A stretch of 63,803 bases of DNA, counting the filler, from Octopus bimaculoides (Eukaryota), in the NCBI RefSeq assembly GCF_001194135.2. It is 5 parts of 4 records of this genome, joined end to end, with 100 filler letters (N's around TTAATTAATTAA, not from the genome) between each part and the next. Parts side by side here need not be neighbours in the genome. Positions count along the whole stretch, not along the records: positions 1 to 27,962 come from NC_068987.1; 4 more parts are not named here. One strand, 5' to 3'. Below the pieces are notes generated by a model that made no database searches, had not been told where the DNA came from, and saw nothing but the letters and a program-made list of their open reading frames with translations. This document shows, in pieces, positions 12,173-24,744 of the stretch. The position numbers and the translations under genes are program-made. The stretch's first letter is position 1. Each line of letters opens with the position of its first letter.

Positions 12173-12479
12173 ATCATTCGATAAATGAAAGAAACAAACA
12201 GAAAAAATATATATTTAAAAAAAGAACACTAGTAAATCAGCCAATAAAACAAGATACACAGTACTAGACACAAATTCAGAAAGACGCATATAGTGTAGTA
12301 GGACTATAAAATTAGAAAATGTCTCGGTTGTATCAAAACTATATGAAGCATTACCAAAATTAACGGCGTAGGGAGATTATTTTTCAATGGGGATTTAATC
12401 TAGGTTGACAGTGCAAGAAAGGTAAGCAGACATCTCGCTAATTCTCTCTTCTATCTCTCTATTTCCAATATATATACAT

Positions 12480-12718
12480 ATGTGTGTGTGTATGTGTGTG
12501 TGTGCGTGTGTGTGTGTGTGCGAGTGTGTGCCTGTGTGCGTGCGTGCGTGCGTGTGTGCGCGTGTGTATGTTTGTGTGTGTGTGCGTGTGTCTGTGTGTA
12601 TACACATATATAAATATATATATACACAAACACACATACACATATGCATACATACGCACACACAGATACACACACACACACATACAAACACAAACACACA
12701 CACACACACACACAAACA

Positions 12719-12807
<89 letters not shown>

Positions 12808-12830
12808 ATGTGTGTGTATATATATTAAAC
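12480..12830. repeat. Compound (TG)n/(CA)n/(TA)n microsatellite
   Basis: Seen directly; it generates the CVCV, HTHT and YIYI ORFs. Confidence 0.95.
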
Positions 12831-13435
12831 CATACTTTATTGCTCAGTATTATTGATTTATTCCTTGGTAGATTTATCTAGATTTTTTAATGTGTTTGTC
12901 ATTCTTTTTCACTCTATATCACTTAACTACCTATCTATTCTGTTCTCTTTCTGCCATTGTTTCCTTGTTTTCCTCCTCTTTATTCTCTCATTGAAGTTTC
13001 TATATTATATATTTCTGTTCATATATCTGTAATTGCTTATCAGAATTTCTTGCGTTCCAGTCTTTCACATTTATTCTCAAAATTTTCTCTGCATCTTTTA
13101 GTCATCCTTAAAGTCATTCTTACTCTCTATATTTCATTTCTATAGACACTTACACTACATTGCATTTCATTACGTTACGTTTCCTTTCTATTCACACTTG
13201 CATTATCGTTCTTCGTTGTGAGAAAGTGAAATGCTTTCGCTGCCTGACCATATGGACATGTAATAAAGAAGAGCCAGCAGATAGAAGTCTGTTGAATGCT
13301 GCTGACGAGATGAAATTAGATAGAAAATTAGATAAAAATGATAGATGAAAAAATAGAATCGAGAATGATATAACATTATTAATTATAGTTCTTACAACGA
13401 CGACAACAACAACAAGACAAACAATAATAATAACA

Positions 13436-15410
13436 TTTTCTTTATTCGCCACAGGGACCGAACACAAAACAGGCAGGGAGAATAGAACACAATGGGAAAG
13501 TGAGGTTTAACACAAAAATACGTCTATATAATGAAACTACTAACAATTAAGACGATTTAAATAAAAATCCTCAAAACAGGGAATTCCACCTAGTGCCGAC
13601 AAACATCCTGGTCGTGCTGACCGCGAAGGACACTCCGGCTACACACCTCAATCCTTCTCAAACCCTCCGGCCAACTGGCATATGGTCAGAACAGGTCCAT
13701 TCATGCAGGCTATCCCAGCCACATTCCTCCACCTTTCGACATAAATAGTGAGGGGGGAGAACTCTCCTTTCCACTCTCATTTTCCTTCTCAAGTGGAACT
13801 CGAAAAAGTCTATGCTGACTTATTCGAAGAGGAAAGTATCTGTCTGCAGACACTTCCACCTGGTCCACATCACTACTACTTACGCCATGGGCATTAGACA
13901 TAGGAATACTGTCTGCCCATTCCAGTTGAAAAAAAAGGTGATCCGCATAATGGAGTCATTGATAACTGGATCCGTTCTACGTGCATTAACGTGTTTGACT
14001 AAGCCCCATAATTCAAAAATACCTGCTCGTTAGCGACCACCTTTTTAGTGACAAACGTCAACCTCTTTCCTAACACCTTGGCCAGAAGCTCGGAATTTTT
14101 ATTCAGCTGAATTACGAGCTTAAAATTACTTACATGGTGATTCTCCGGATCCTTGCTCAGGAGAACCACCGTGCCACAGCTTTGTAGACATCCGCCAAGA
14201 GATTTCAAAACAAGTCTGGCATATGAAGAGAGACTTCGAAAGGCAAACCCTGGGGATTTCTTCGTGCAGTCAATCATCGTGTGCAGGATGTCTTTGGCTG
14301 TTATCAGCATTCCGCAGAAGCCTGCATCCCTCCCCGAAAGGTGAGGCATGCCGCTGAGAGTAGAAGTGAAATCAACCCCTGTCTCCGACCCACTACGTTT
14401 TCTGTATATTTTGGCACACTCACACTGAAATTCCGCACACATTTGCTTGGATTCGACTAACATGCACCGGTACCAGCCTCTTAAAGATCGAAATGTGTCT
14501 ACGTTGCACTTCTGCCAACCTACTCTATCGAACGGCTTTCATTCCTTCATCTCTTAGCACACGTGCTCTAGCTCTGACAACGCAGAATTCGTGCTTGGCA
14601 TTGAAACATTGACCAAGAGGCAATCGCGGTTCAGTTCGTTGTTCGCCAATCCCCTTCTAAAGGACTCTTCTACCTTCTAACTAGATCACCTGTATTATAG
14701 ATTGCGCTAACTCTATTTCTGTACTTGACTCTAACTCCCCTATACTAGTAACCCCTTTTAAGGCTACCCAGCATTGATTTGTTTACGATAGACTTCCTTA
14801 CTCGGTCTGTGAATGATTAACGCACCGAGAAAATCAATTGAACTTCCAGTGTCTAGGTCCTGCCTATAAATTCTATCTCTGGCGACCGTACAGATCACAA
14901 ATTTGTGGTCTGTGTAGATGACATCTTTGAATGTCAGCGTATGTTAATTGCATCTTCAGGTCCACAAATTATTATGTCTCAATACGATCTGGAAACCGAT
15001 GTTGTTTGCCCAAATCCACATCGGCACTTTCGGTAAGTCCGGTCGATGACTTTCAGTCAGTTGGAAGCGAATGAGCAGTTTTTTCAGACTTTACACACCA
15101 CTCTTGTATCAGCTAGTTCCACACTATCCAAACGAACGTCCGTGTTGGAGTTCCAATAGCCCGCTAGCACTAAAGAGAGACATTCTCAGTAAAACATTCA
15201 AACATCTGAAGTAATCTGACTGCCACCATCGGGACGTACACAGTTACTAGTCTAGAATTACCACATTCACTATTGCTCACATCTAGGACCACCAACTTAC
15301 GATCTGGGTCTAGAAGCATCATCCTCGAGATTCAGGCCCTTCCTAACCAGCACTGCCTCCCCGCCTTCCATTCTCTTGAAATCAAGAGAGATAATATTAG
15401 GACCCCTCAT
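13436..15410 (-). mobile_element. Tx1/L1-group LINE (APE endonuclease, start of RT, 3' UTR), internally deleted and degenerate
   Basis: Manual translation gives AVLVRKGL..LDPDRKLVVLDV..RLVTVYVP, LVLAGYWN and YTDHKFVIC (APE motifs). ORF 13999-14463 has MPHLSGRDAGFCGMLITAKDI...KSPG...ELLAKVLGKRL..VV.NEQ (RT start). The 3' end reads CCCTGTGGCGAATAAAGAAAA. Confidence 0.8.
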
Positions 15411-15509
15411 CCTTATCGTAATAATATAATCATAGTAATAATTGTGAAATTATAGTACTGAACTAGTAAATAATAAGATGGTGATTACAACAGTAATACT
15501 GAAATTATT

Positions 15510-18170
15510 ACAGTGAATGATAATTACCCAGAATGAATAAGAAGTGGCGTTGTGAAACCGTCGAGTCGTCGACGACAAAGCCGCCAGCTCCACTGAGCTT
15601 GCTTGGTGAGGAGGGTGGATTTTCGACACCCTGCGGGATTAAAAACAAAATCCAGCAAAGGACTGGGGCACTTAAAAGAGTCAATGGCCATTTCGAAAAC
15701 GGATAGACAGAACTTGTGAGCCATGGTTGGCAGTCTGTCGACAAGAAACACTCTGATTTAAAAACTGGCGTAGATACGACTCCTTAATCAAAGTGGTGAC
15801 ACCCTGTCAGTGTCCAATGGTCCATACCTGGGATGAAGGCGAATGAACCGTGAATCGGGACTCAGCACCGGTTGAATATTTGGATGAAGATGTGGGACCA
15901 ACTGACGCTTACCTACCTCCTAGTGAGAACCAGGATCATGGTCCGCAACACGCAACTTATGGGTAGTAAGAGCTTTGCAGTATTGGTTGGCTTTCTCCAA
16001 ACCAACAAGAGATGTGTGAGAAATAGCGAACATATGCCGCCTTCAAATGACCACTGCTCCGGGTAGGCTATACTTGTTAGCCTTAGCTGGCAAGTAGCCT
16101 AGGAGAAGAAACACACCAAAACCAGGGGTGACTACCTTGATAGAGATGATGTCTCGGTAAAAATACCGGTTGGTAATGACCTAAAAACAACCTAATTAGT
16201 GTGAAAGGTACTGGTGAAGGTGCCCCACCCAGCAGGTTCCCCACTGTGCTGCACGGTGGGCTCCGTCAGAATCCAACAGCTGCTAGCCATACTAAAATCA
16301 TAGTCCTTGTACTGGTCAAAATATGCAACGTGCACACAAACGCAAGTGGTCTGTTGATATGAACCAAAAGTCGATCCAGTGCCATGAACATGCCTTGCTA
16401 GTCAAGAGCAATAGTAAATGTAAGTCTGTAAGAATAAAGGTCATTATAACTTTGGAATCAGCTGGGCATGTGCCAGATTACTGAAAATGGATTCATGAAT
16501 CAGATAAGAATAATTCGGAATAGAGGCTTTCTTAACGAGACTCAGATACAGACAATCAATAAAAGCCTCTGTAGTGATGATAATCTGGAGGAGAATAATG
16601 TAGGTGAAGATCAGCGAATACGTAGCGAAGATGAAGTTGTAGTGGAAGAGAGGCCGGCTAATCAGTATAACGTAGAAAACTCTGAATTACGAGAGGGCAT
16701 GACTGAGGAATAGAGAAATCTAAGGATAAGACTCGAGGATATAATAATTACAAAAACAGAGACCAAGCCTGTGAATTTAAGAAATTTCGACCGTAACAAT
16801 GTGAAACGCGTGACCCAAAAAGTTGATGAGATTCTGAAATATATTCAGACAAAAGATCTAACAGAAACGAGGGACTTGATCAGATCCGCTTCATTATTTA
16901 GTAGGCGAACTGGTTGGAAAGAAAGAGGGGAAAGTAGACGGACAGAAAGAGACATGGTGGAAAAGGGAAATTGAAGGCGATATTCTAAATTTGCGTCAAG
17001 ATCTGAGCCGCATAGAAGCGTGGTCCTAATGGCAATGGAAAATTGGGGGGGGGGGTGAAAGGGCATATCTTGACACGACGTTCCAAATAGAAAAGAAAGG
17101 GTTCAAAATTGTCATCGAAACCTTAAAACAATGTATGCGGGCAAAAAACCATTAAAGGAGTAGCGCTGCACTGGTTGCATATCGCAGTTGCAGCAAAACC
17201 AGTTATTCCCAAAGCACCAGAGGCAGATTTTTTAAGGGCTTCGGCAGAAACGCAGAAGATAATATACCTCCTGAAGCACGAGGACCACGCCAAGTTTGTA
17301 ATGACATTTGGGGGCAACACGTTTTCCACAACCATGGAGCTGGGTGGATTTATTCCTTTAGATCCGAACTCCATCATCCAGAGGCTCCACGACAGGACCT
17401 TGTGCGCATAACAAAGGAATATGTCAAAAGAAAGAGCAGTAGGAACAGACGGATTTCAAAGCTACTGGCTCAAGTGGTTTAGGTCAACACACAAAAGAAC
17501 TGAGTTGCGATTAGACAATTTCCAACAGACCGGTGCAGTTCTGGAGTGGATGGTAGAGGGAAAAACAACATTGTTAACGACAGATCGGTCAAAGGGCAAT
17601 GAGGTTGGTAATTACTGCCCCACTGCTTGTATTAACCGCCTATGGAAAGCATTAACAGATATCCTCGCAAGGAAAATATATACGTTCCTTGCGGAAAATA
17701 ATCTACTACCAGTAGAACAAAATGTATGCCGAAAAGGAGCCAAAAGCACCAAGGACAACCTTGTGATAGACAAGGTTATTATGAAGAACTGTAAATGGTA
17801 CCAAAAAATCTTATGCCTGGCTTGCATAGACTTCAAAAAGGTTTACGGCATGTTGCTGCATTCGGGAATTCTGGAAACAGTCGACAAATGTGGAAGAGCT
17901 GAGAACATGTGTACACTGATTAATAACAGCATTCCTGTAACAACCAGCACTTAGCTAGGGTGACAATCAAAAGAGGTATATTGCAAGGAGACTCTTCTTC
18001 ACCACTGTTATGTGTTATAGACTTGATGCCACTCTCTGTAGTCATACGCAAGAAAACGCGCACTATGAGCTAACAAAGAATGGACTTCATCTCACCACCT
18101 TCTCTTCATGGATGATTTAAATCTGTTCGCAAAGACAGAGCCTGAAATGGATGGGCCGATTGAGACTACA
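15510..18170 (+). mobile_element. R4/Dong-like LINE, 5' UTR through RT domain 5, degenerate and 3'-truncated
   Basis: ORFs give ENGFMNQIRIIRNRGFLNETQI and LRNFDRNNVKRVTQKVDEIL. ORF 17421-17954 has GTDGFQSYWLKWF...NYCPTACINRLWKALT...LPVEQ..CRKG...KDNLVIDK...IDFKKVY. It continues KRGILQGDSSSPLL and HLLFMDDLNLFAK. Confidence 0.9.
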
Positions 18171-19490
18171 GAATTGCAACAAGGATGTATGGATGGAATT
18201 CGGTTTTTGGAAGTGCGCGGCTTTAACTCTAAGTCCCTTCTGACCAAAATATTGTCGAAAACAAAATGTAGAAATTGTAAAAGTACATACATATGCTCGA
18301 AGTGCGGTATGAAGGTGAAAGCAATACTTGTACTAAATGGATTTCTGGATATGATAAAACAAACATATGAACAAAAATGCGGAAGCTACAGATGAACCCT
18401 CAACTCTACACACTACCCCCAATCTAGCCCTGCCTGGAATAGCTCACATCTGACGCAAGACATTAGCAATTCAATAATTCAACCTAAACGAATGAATCCA
18501 TAAACACAAAACACGCTCTATATAGCAAATATCCAATAAATTAATCGTCAGCATGTCAAATACCCAACGGAGTAGACACACACAACACACAATAGAAAAT
18601 CTAATACAACAAAAGACTGCACCAGACCCCATATCAAAAGAAACTGATGCAATACAATACTGGGGAAAGTTTGCAATCCCCCAACAACAAAAAGGAACAA
18701 ACAAACCTGCACACACCCCAGCAACACAGAGGTTAGTATGTAATGCAGTAGAAATTTGCCTGAAACTATCAAATGACTTCATTACGCTTTACATAAAAAA
18801 AAACACAAGAAACTACACGATCCTACAAAACAAATCAATCAATTCGTTCAGAGTACAGAAAACTGTTTACAACGCGCTAAACAAAAGACAAACAATTCAT
18901 TACAGTAGTACAAAACCAAAGAAAGAGAAAAGAAAGAACACTTAGAATGATAGTGAGTGCATAGAATTTACCTGTCACAACAAAATTACTTTTTCACGGC
19001 GCACACCTATCAAGCGTAAGACAACCACACTTCAGAAATAGCAAGCAGAGTTAGCGGGAAGGAAACGCTGAAGACCGGTTGATTGTAGTTCAACACCAGT
19101 GACTCTTATTAGATATCACTTGATTTTATTCCTAAATATAAAATTGCATAAAGCTATAATTATACAATTGTAGAAGACATCAACTACTCAGGAGTCATAT
19201 GTCATTCATCTAATTACATCACCATATATCAAAAGACCTGATATGTGTGCTATCTAACTTGATCGGGCAAAGTGGAAGAAAATTGGAGCGTTTTCAAGAC
19301 AGTCATGATCAAAGGATGCCATAGTGATATTTGTATAAAATAAAAACGTGGGGAAAATGACGTCAATAATCTGAATTGTTCAACGATAGACTTCATTAAA
19401 CTATATATATCACAAACAGCGCAATAGATGTTATCAAAAGTTGCATGCACCCATCGAACGCGTACCTAATGTAATTTTAAAAAAAACTTG

Positions 19491-20664
19491 CGAGGGGTGT
19501 TCAAAGATTTTCCCTGACCCACTTTTGGTTATTGCAGGAAACGCAGCATGTACAGAGATAATAATACGTCTTTACATGTCACATTGTAAATTTTAGCTTT
19601 CCAGTAGTATTCGTTCGTCTTTTATATCTGCTAAAGTGTAACAAGGAGTTATAATGAAGGTACTTGAATGCAGATCCGTGATCAAGTTTTTATACTTGAA
19701 AGGTCGTACACCATAAGATACTATCGATCAGATGAATGAAGCTTACGGAGTCAATTCACCATCATACGACGTAGTCAAACAATGGCATCCCCAGTTCAAA
19801 TGTGGTCGGACACCGGTGAAAAATGTTGCTATTCCCGGACGACCATATTGCGCCATTTATGAGGACACAATCTATAAACTGGAAGCAGGCATTTTGGATA
19901 ATAACCGCATTACTATTCCGCAACTAGTCAAAGAAGTAACGATAAGTGTAGGGTCCGTGGAAAAAAAATCATTCATGACCATGTGTACATGCAGAAGTTG
20001 TCTGCACGATGGACTCTTCGGATGCTCACACCTATTCAGAAACAACAGCGACTCAATCGCTCCCAGGCTCTTTTGGCAATGTGCCAAGAAAACGCTGAGG
20101 ACTCTTTGGGCAGATTTATTTCACAGGATGAAACATGGGTTTCTTACTATGATCCTGAGACTGAAGTCCAATCAGAGCAATGGAAGCATGATAACTCACC
20201 ACTTCCAAAGAATGCTCGTGTCCAACCCTCAGCAGCCAAAGTGATGCTCACAGTCTTTTGGGACCAGCGTGGAGTAGGGATGATGGATTTTCTGGCAAAG
20301 GGGGCCACAATTAGCAGGACTTCTCTTCTGCATAAGTTGCGGGACAAAAGAGTCCAGCCCCTGCAAGACAACGCCCCAGTTCACAGCGCGCATGTTGCTC
20401 AGATGAAAGCAGAGTCCTGTGGCTATGAAATCTTTCCGCATCCCCCTTACTCTCCAGAACTTGCACCATCTGATTTCCACCAACTTTCCAACCATGAATT
20501 CGTTTTTGAAGGGAATCCACTTTTTGGATCATGGTAAATTTATTTCCAAACGCAACCTACCGACTACTACAGATGAGATCTTCTTCACAACTTGGTGGTG
20601 GCTCTGTAGAGAAGTACTACGAAGTCCCTGGGAAGTGCATCAGGAAAATCATTAATGCCCCTCG
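19491..20664 (+). mobile_element. Mariner DNA transposon, near full length, both TIRs, frameshifted transposase
   Basis: Left CGAGGGGTGTTCAAAGATTTTCCCTGA and reverse-complemented right CGAGGGGCATTAATGATTTTCCTGA; TA follows the right TIR. Transposase motifs: GRP, QKLSARW, DETWV..YDPE, KVMLTVFWD, QDNAPVH, HPPYSPELAPSDFH. Confidence 0.92.
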
Positions 20665-21792
20665 TATACTAAATCAATGAATATTAGGACAGGTCTGCTA
20701 TACCTTTTGCGACAGTAGTAAATTCCAGTAACATGGTTTGATCACGACAGTGAAAAGCACATAAATACTAAAACGAACTCTAAGATTTCATAAAAGATCT
20801 TTAAAAGGAACATTAAAAGTTTTTTTTTTCAAACATACAAATAATATCATCATCTTAATGAAGTCATTGGCCCACCAAAATTGAAGGCTATCTATGATGT
20901 GATGCATTCCATGAAACATTGTGCGTTCTCCTCTGACTTAGTAGCCACTTGCATCTTGTGTACGTAAACCTTAACTCTAATGACTTAATTAAACACCTGA
21001 GATTGAACAGCATTTAATTTATCAGTATGAAGCATAGTCCTTAACTCGGCTGATTCATGGTATGCTTACAAACATAGTTAAGTGGGTCGCAACTTTCCGT
21101 TGTTGGGCCGCCTGTAGGTATTTGTAGTATTATGACTGATTGGTAACTAAAATAAGTTCGCCAACAATAACTTTGATATTGAAGTGTTGCATGTTTTATA
21201 ATAACCTGATGCTTTCATTAAGTACAATAAAACAAAACTAAAAACACTCTGACACTATCAGGCGTATGTTTCAGTAGACATTGTCGATGTTGATCTACAA
21301 GAAGATATTAAATATAAATCTCATCAATATTTACACGAAAATAAAACAAAAATCGAACAAACATAAACTCGGTTTGAAATAGAAATGGAAATGATTTAAC
21401 ACTTTGAAATAATAAATATAGATAAATAGAACATGGTTTAACACGAACTGGCATAGACATCAACGCATATACAGGACATTGAACCAAATATATAATCGTA
21501 GACATGCATATGTATGGACAGAGGACAAGAGAAAAGATAGAAAGGATGAGAGATGGACAGAAAAGAGAGGGGGATAAACAGATAGAGTTGATAGTTTCAC
21601 GCCAGTCTAGTGTGCTCAAAATATGTTCCTTGCTGGAAGCGAAAACTTTGAACTTTCATTGCAGTATTTATTTCACTATCTTCAGAAATACGCAGAAACA
21701 CAAAAACACCCACGCTCTCTCCCTCTCTCTCCCTCTCTCTCTCTTGCAATATCTTTGAGTTTATTCTTGTACCTAAGGCATATGTATGTGTG

Positions 21793-21830
<38 letters not shown>

Positions 21831-22088
21831 GAGGGAGAGGATGAGTGCCTATGAGTATGTGTATGTATGTATGTGCATGTATATGTGTATATATGAATGC
21901 ACGTGCGTATATATGTGTATATATGAATGCACGTGCGTATATATGTGTATATATATNNNNNNNNNNNNNNNNNNNNNNNNNNNNNNNNNNNNNNNNNNNN
22001 NNNNNNNNNNNNNNNNNNNNNNNNNNNNNNNNNNNNNNNNNNNNNNNNNNNNNNNNNNNNNNNNNNNNNNNNNNNNNNNNNNNNNNNN

Positions 22089-22117
<29 letters not shown>

Positions 22118-22120
<3 letters not shown>

Positions 22121-22489
22121 AGGAGCAATGGCCCAGTGCTTAGGGCAGCAAACTCGCGGTCGTAGGATCACGGTTTCGATCCCTAGACCGGGCGTTATGA
22201 ATGTTTTTTGAGCGAAAACACCCAAAGTTCCACGAGGCTCCGGCAGGGGGATTGGTGGCGAACTCTGCTGTACCCTTTCACCACAACTTTCTCTGACTTT
22301 TTCTTGCTGTTTCTGTTGTACCTGTATTTCAAAGGGCCAGCCCTCTCACGCTGAATCATTCCGAGAACTATGTTAAGGGTACACGTGTCTGTGGAATGCT
22401 CAGCCACTTGCACGTTAATTTCAGAAGCAGGCTGTTCCGTTTATCGGATCAATTGGAACCCACGTCGTCGTAACCGACGGAGTGTCAAC
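22118..22489 (+). mobile_element. tRNA-derived SINE, full length
   Basis: tRNA-like head (GCAATGGCCCAGTGCTTAGG...GGTTTCGATCCC), body, and 3' end GTCGTCGTAACCGACGGAGTG. Confidence 0.75.
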
Positions 22490-23469
22490 CAATGTATATG
22501 TGCACGCATGTAAATGCCGAAATGTAAGAGTTGCAAAATATATTGAAGATATAGTTTGCATTCTCCTCCTTTTATCTTTTGTATAATAGAATATGCTGGA
22601 AAGAAGTTATGCTGGGTAGATATCAGATTTACGGCGCAAATAAAGAGTCTACTTAGAGTGTGCACCTGGGAATGGCGGTTAATGATTGGTGGGAACTATT
22701 GAACCCGGGAAAAAAATTCGACTAAAATGTCGACATTCGTTGCAAATATGTGTTCACTTCTGTTTGTAGTTATTTGAAATCTTTCTTATCAGAAGAAGCT
22801 AAGTTCTAACAGAGATACAAATTCCCTTTTTCGAAATGTAGATAATAACAAATTAACATTTTCAAATTGTCAAAATGCTTGCATGTTTTTACTCTTCTAT
22901 TTACATATTGTGCGAATTAGCGAGTTGATTTCTCTTTCAGAATGCACTACCTCATACAAATTGTCCCTTATGCAATTACTCACAAATCTAAGCACACCAA
23001 TTACCTTTAGGATAAATATGAATTTATGACATGGATATAAAAGCTAGATGTTTCGATGCATCTGACTGTAGTCATCCGCATCCCTTTTCAATCTCATAGA
23101 GATATTAAAATCAGCAGGTCAGCTGACCTCTTAAGCTATACCTTCAGTTGTACTTCGAGGATATACATATATGTACGGGAATACTTACACAAAGCTAAAC
23201 ATACAAATCTCCATATATACATACATACATATATACCAACAAGAATATACTCTGTTGTTGATGTTGAAATTCCAATGAAGGAGCCTTGGATGTAGGTTAG
23301 AGACCAGCTCTTTCTCTATTGGCAAGAAATCTTTATATATAATTGATCAATGGCTTACATACAGAAGACAGACTTACACAATTTCCGTGAAACCATTTCG
23401 CTCACAAGTCATTTATTGGCGCGGTGTTATCCCCGCTTATGCAACTGCATAGTGGGTCTGAATGCAAAA

Positions 23470-23592
23470 CAACATGGCTATGAGGTGAGTTTCTCAACTA
23501 CACAATCATACAACATGGCTATGAAGTGAGTTTCTCAACTACACAATCATACAACATGGCTATGAAGTGAGTTTCTCAACTACACAATCATA
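23470..23592. repeat. Three tandem copies of a 41-bp unit derived from a minus-strand SINE head
   Basis: CAACATGGCTATGA(G/A)GTGAGTTTCTCAACTACACAATCATA three times, no spacers. Confidence 0.9.
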
Positions 23593-24208
23593 TATGCGCT
23601 GACACATATATGTGCGTAAATGCATGCAAACAAAGGATTTTTTAATTTGTTCTTAGAAGTCTTAGAAAATATTTGAGTTTAATCTTTTCATGAGAAAGTT
23701 TTTCAGCATTTCCTTAGCAGTCTTCTATATTTAGTTTGGAACAATAACTTTCCAAAATCCATTAATGCTTCATAACCACTGTAGCCTTTTCATTTGTTGG
23801 AGGCAGCTGGGTTCACGAGAGCCGTTATCGCAGTAGCTAATAGTTTTAACGATAGACTTCTATTTACTACAATGTTTCCTTTCTTGCAGTGCATGTGTGT
23901 TTGTGAAATCTTCAATTTCATTTTAACGCTGTGTAGGACAATGGTTTTATGCATCAATATTTGTTTTATCTATTTCTGTTTCGTGTTTCATTTTGTCATG
24001 ACAATTTGTAGTAAATGCATTGTCAATCCACAAGAAAATTTGCACGGATGCGTCCAATAGAACAAATTGAATATATGTTATCATCAAAATTACAATTCAA
24101 AATGTTTCTAGCATAAATGCAGTCCACAAAACTATGCAAGTCGTTGGCAAAAACCTAGGAATATAGTATAATGTTTATGGTAACCGAATATATATAAAAT
24201 CACCAAAT

Positions 24209-24420
24209 GGCACGGGTGTGACTTTGTGGTAAGAAGTTTGTTTCCCAACCACATAGTTCTGGTTTCAGTCCTACAGCGTGGCACATTGAGCTAGTGTCTT
24301 CTACTATAGCCTACCAAAGCCTTGTGACATTCGGTAGACGGAAATTGAACGCCTGTCATATGTTTGTCTACATGTATGTATATNNNNNNNNNNNNNNNNN
24401 NNNNNNNNNNNNNNNNNNNN

Positions 24421-24474
<54 letters not shown>

Positions 24475-24744
24475 TGTGTGTGTGTATGCATGTATGTATG
24501 CATGTATCTATATGTGTGTCTTTGTGTCAATGCTTGTCCTCCGCATCACCGCTATATAGCAAGTGTTGGTATGTTTACTTCCCCGTAACTTAGCGACAGG
24601 GCAAACGATATCGATAGAATAAGTACCAGGATTTAAAAGGAAATTACTGTGGTCGATTAGCTTGACTAAAATTTCTTCAAGGTGGTGCCCCAGCATGGCC
24701 ACAATCTAATGACTGACACAAGTAAAAATAAGAGATAAAGAATA
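24209..24744 (+). mobile_element. SINE family A (tRNA-like head, internal microsatellite, tail GGCGGTGC.CCAGCATGGCC.CA...TGACTGA.AC)
   Basis: The head TGTGGTAAGAAG..TG.TTCCCAACCAC..GTTC.GG.TTCAGTCC and the tail both recur many times in the window. Confidence 0.85.

Noticed and set aside
12395-12881. His/Thr, Cys/Val and Tyr/Ile repeat ORFs here and at 28479-28739, 41434-41698 and 51544-52092
   Set aside because: These are translations of dinucleotide and tetranucleotide microsatellites.
13160-13348. ORF with a CEKVKCFRC cysteine cluster, and a CTGACGA-GAT-GAAA motif
   Set aside because: No recognisable domain or splice support, and the hammerhead-like motif has no stem II.
15760-15860. HDV-like ribozyme in the Dong 5' UTR (GGCGAATGAAC resembles the HDV 3' end)
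   Set aside because: I could not build P1, P2 and P3 pairings with correct spacing by eye; a descriptor search would be needed.
23470-23592. CRISPR-like array
   Set aside because: The repeats are contiguous with no spacers, derive from a SINE, and there are no cas genes in this eukaryotic context.
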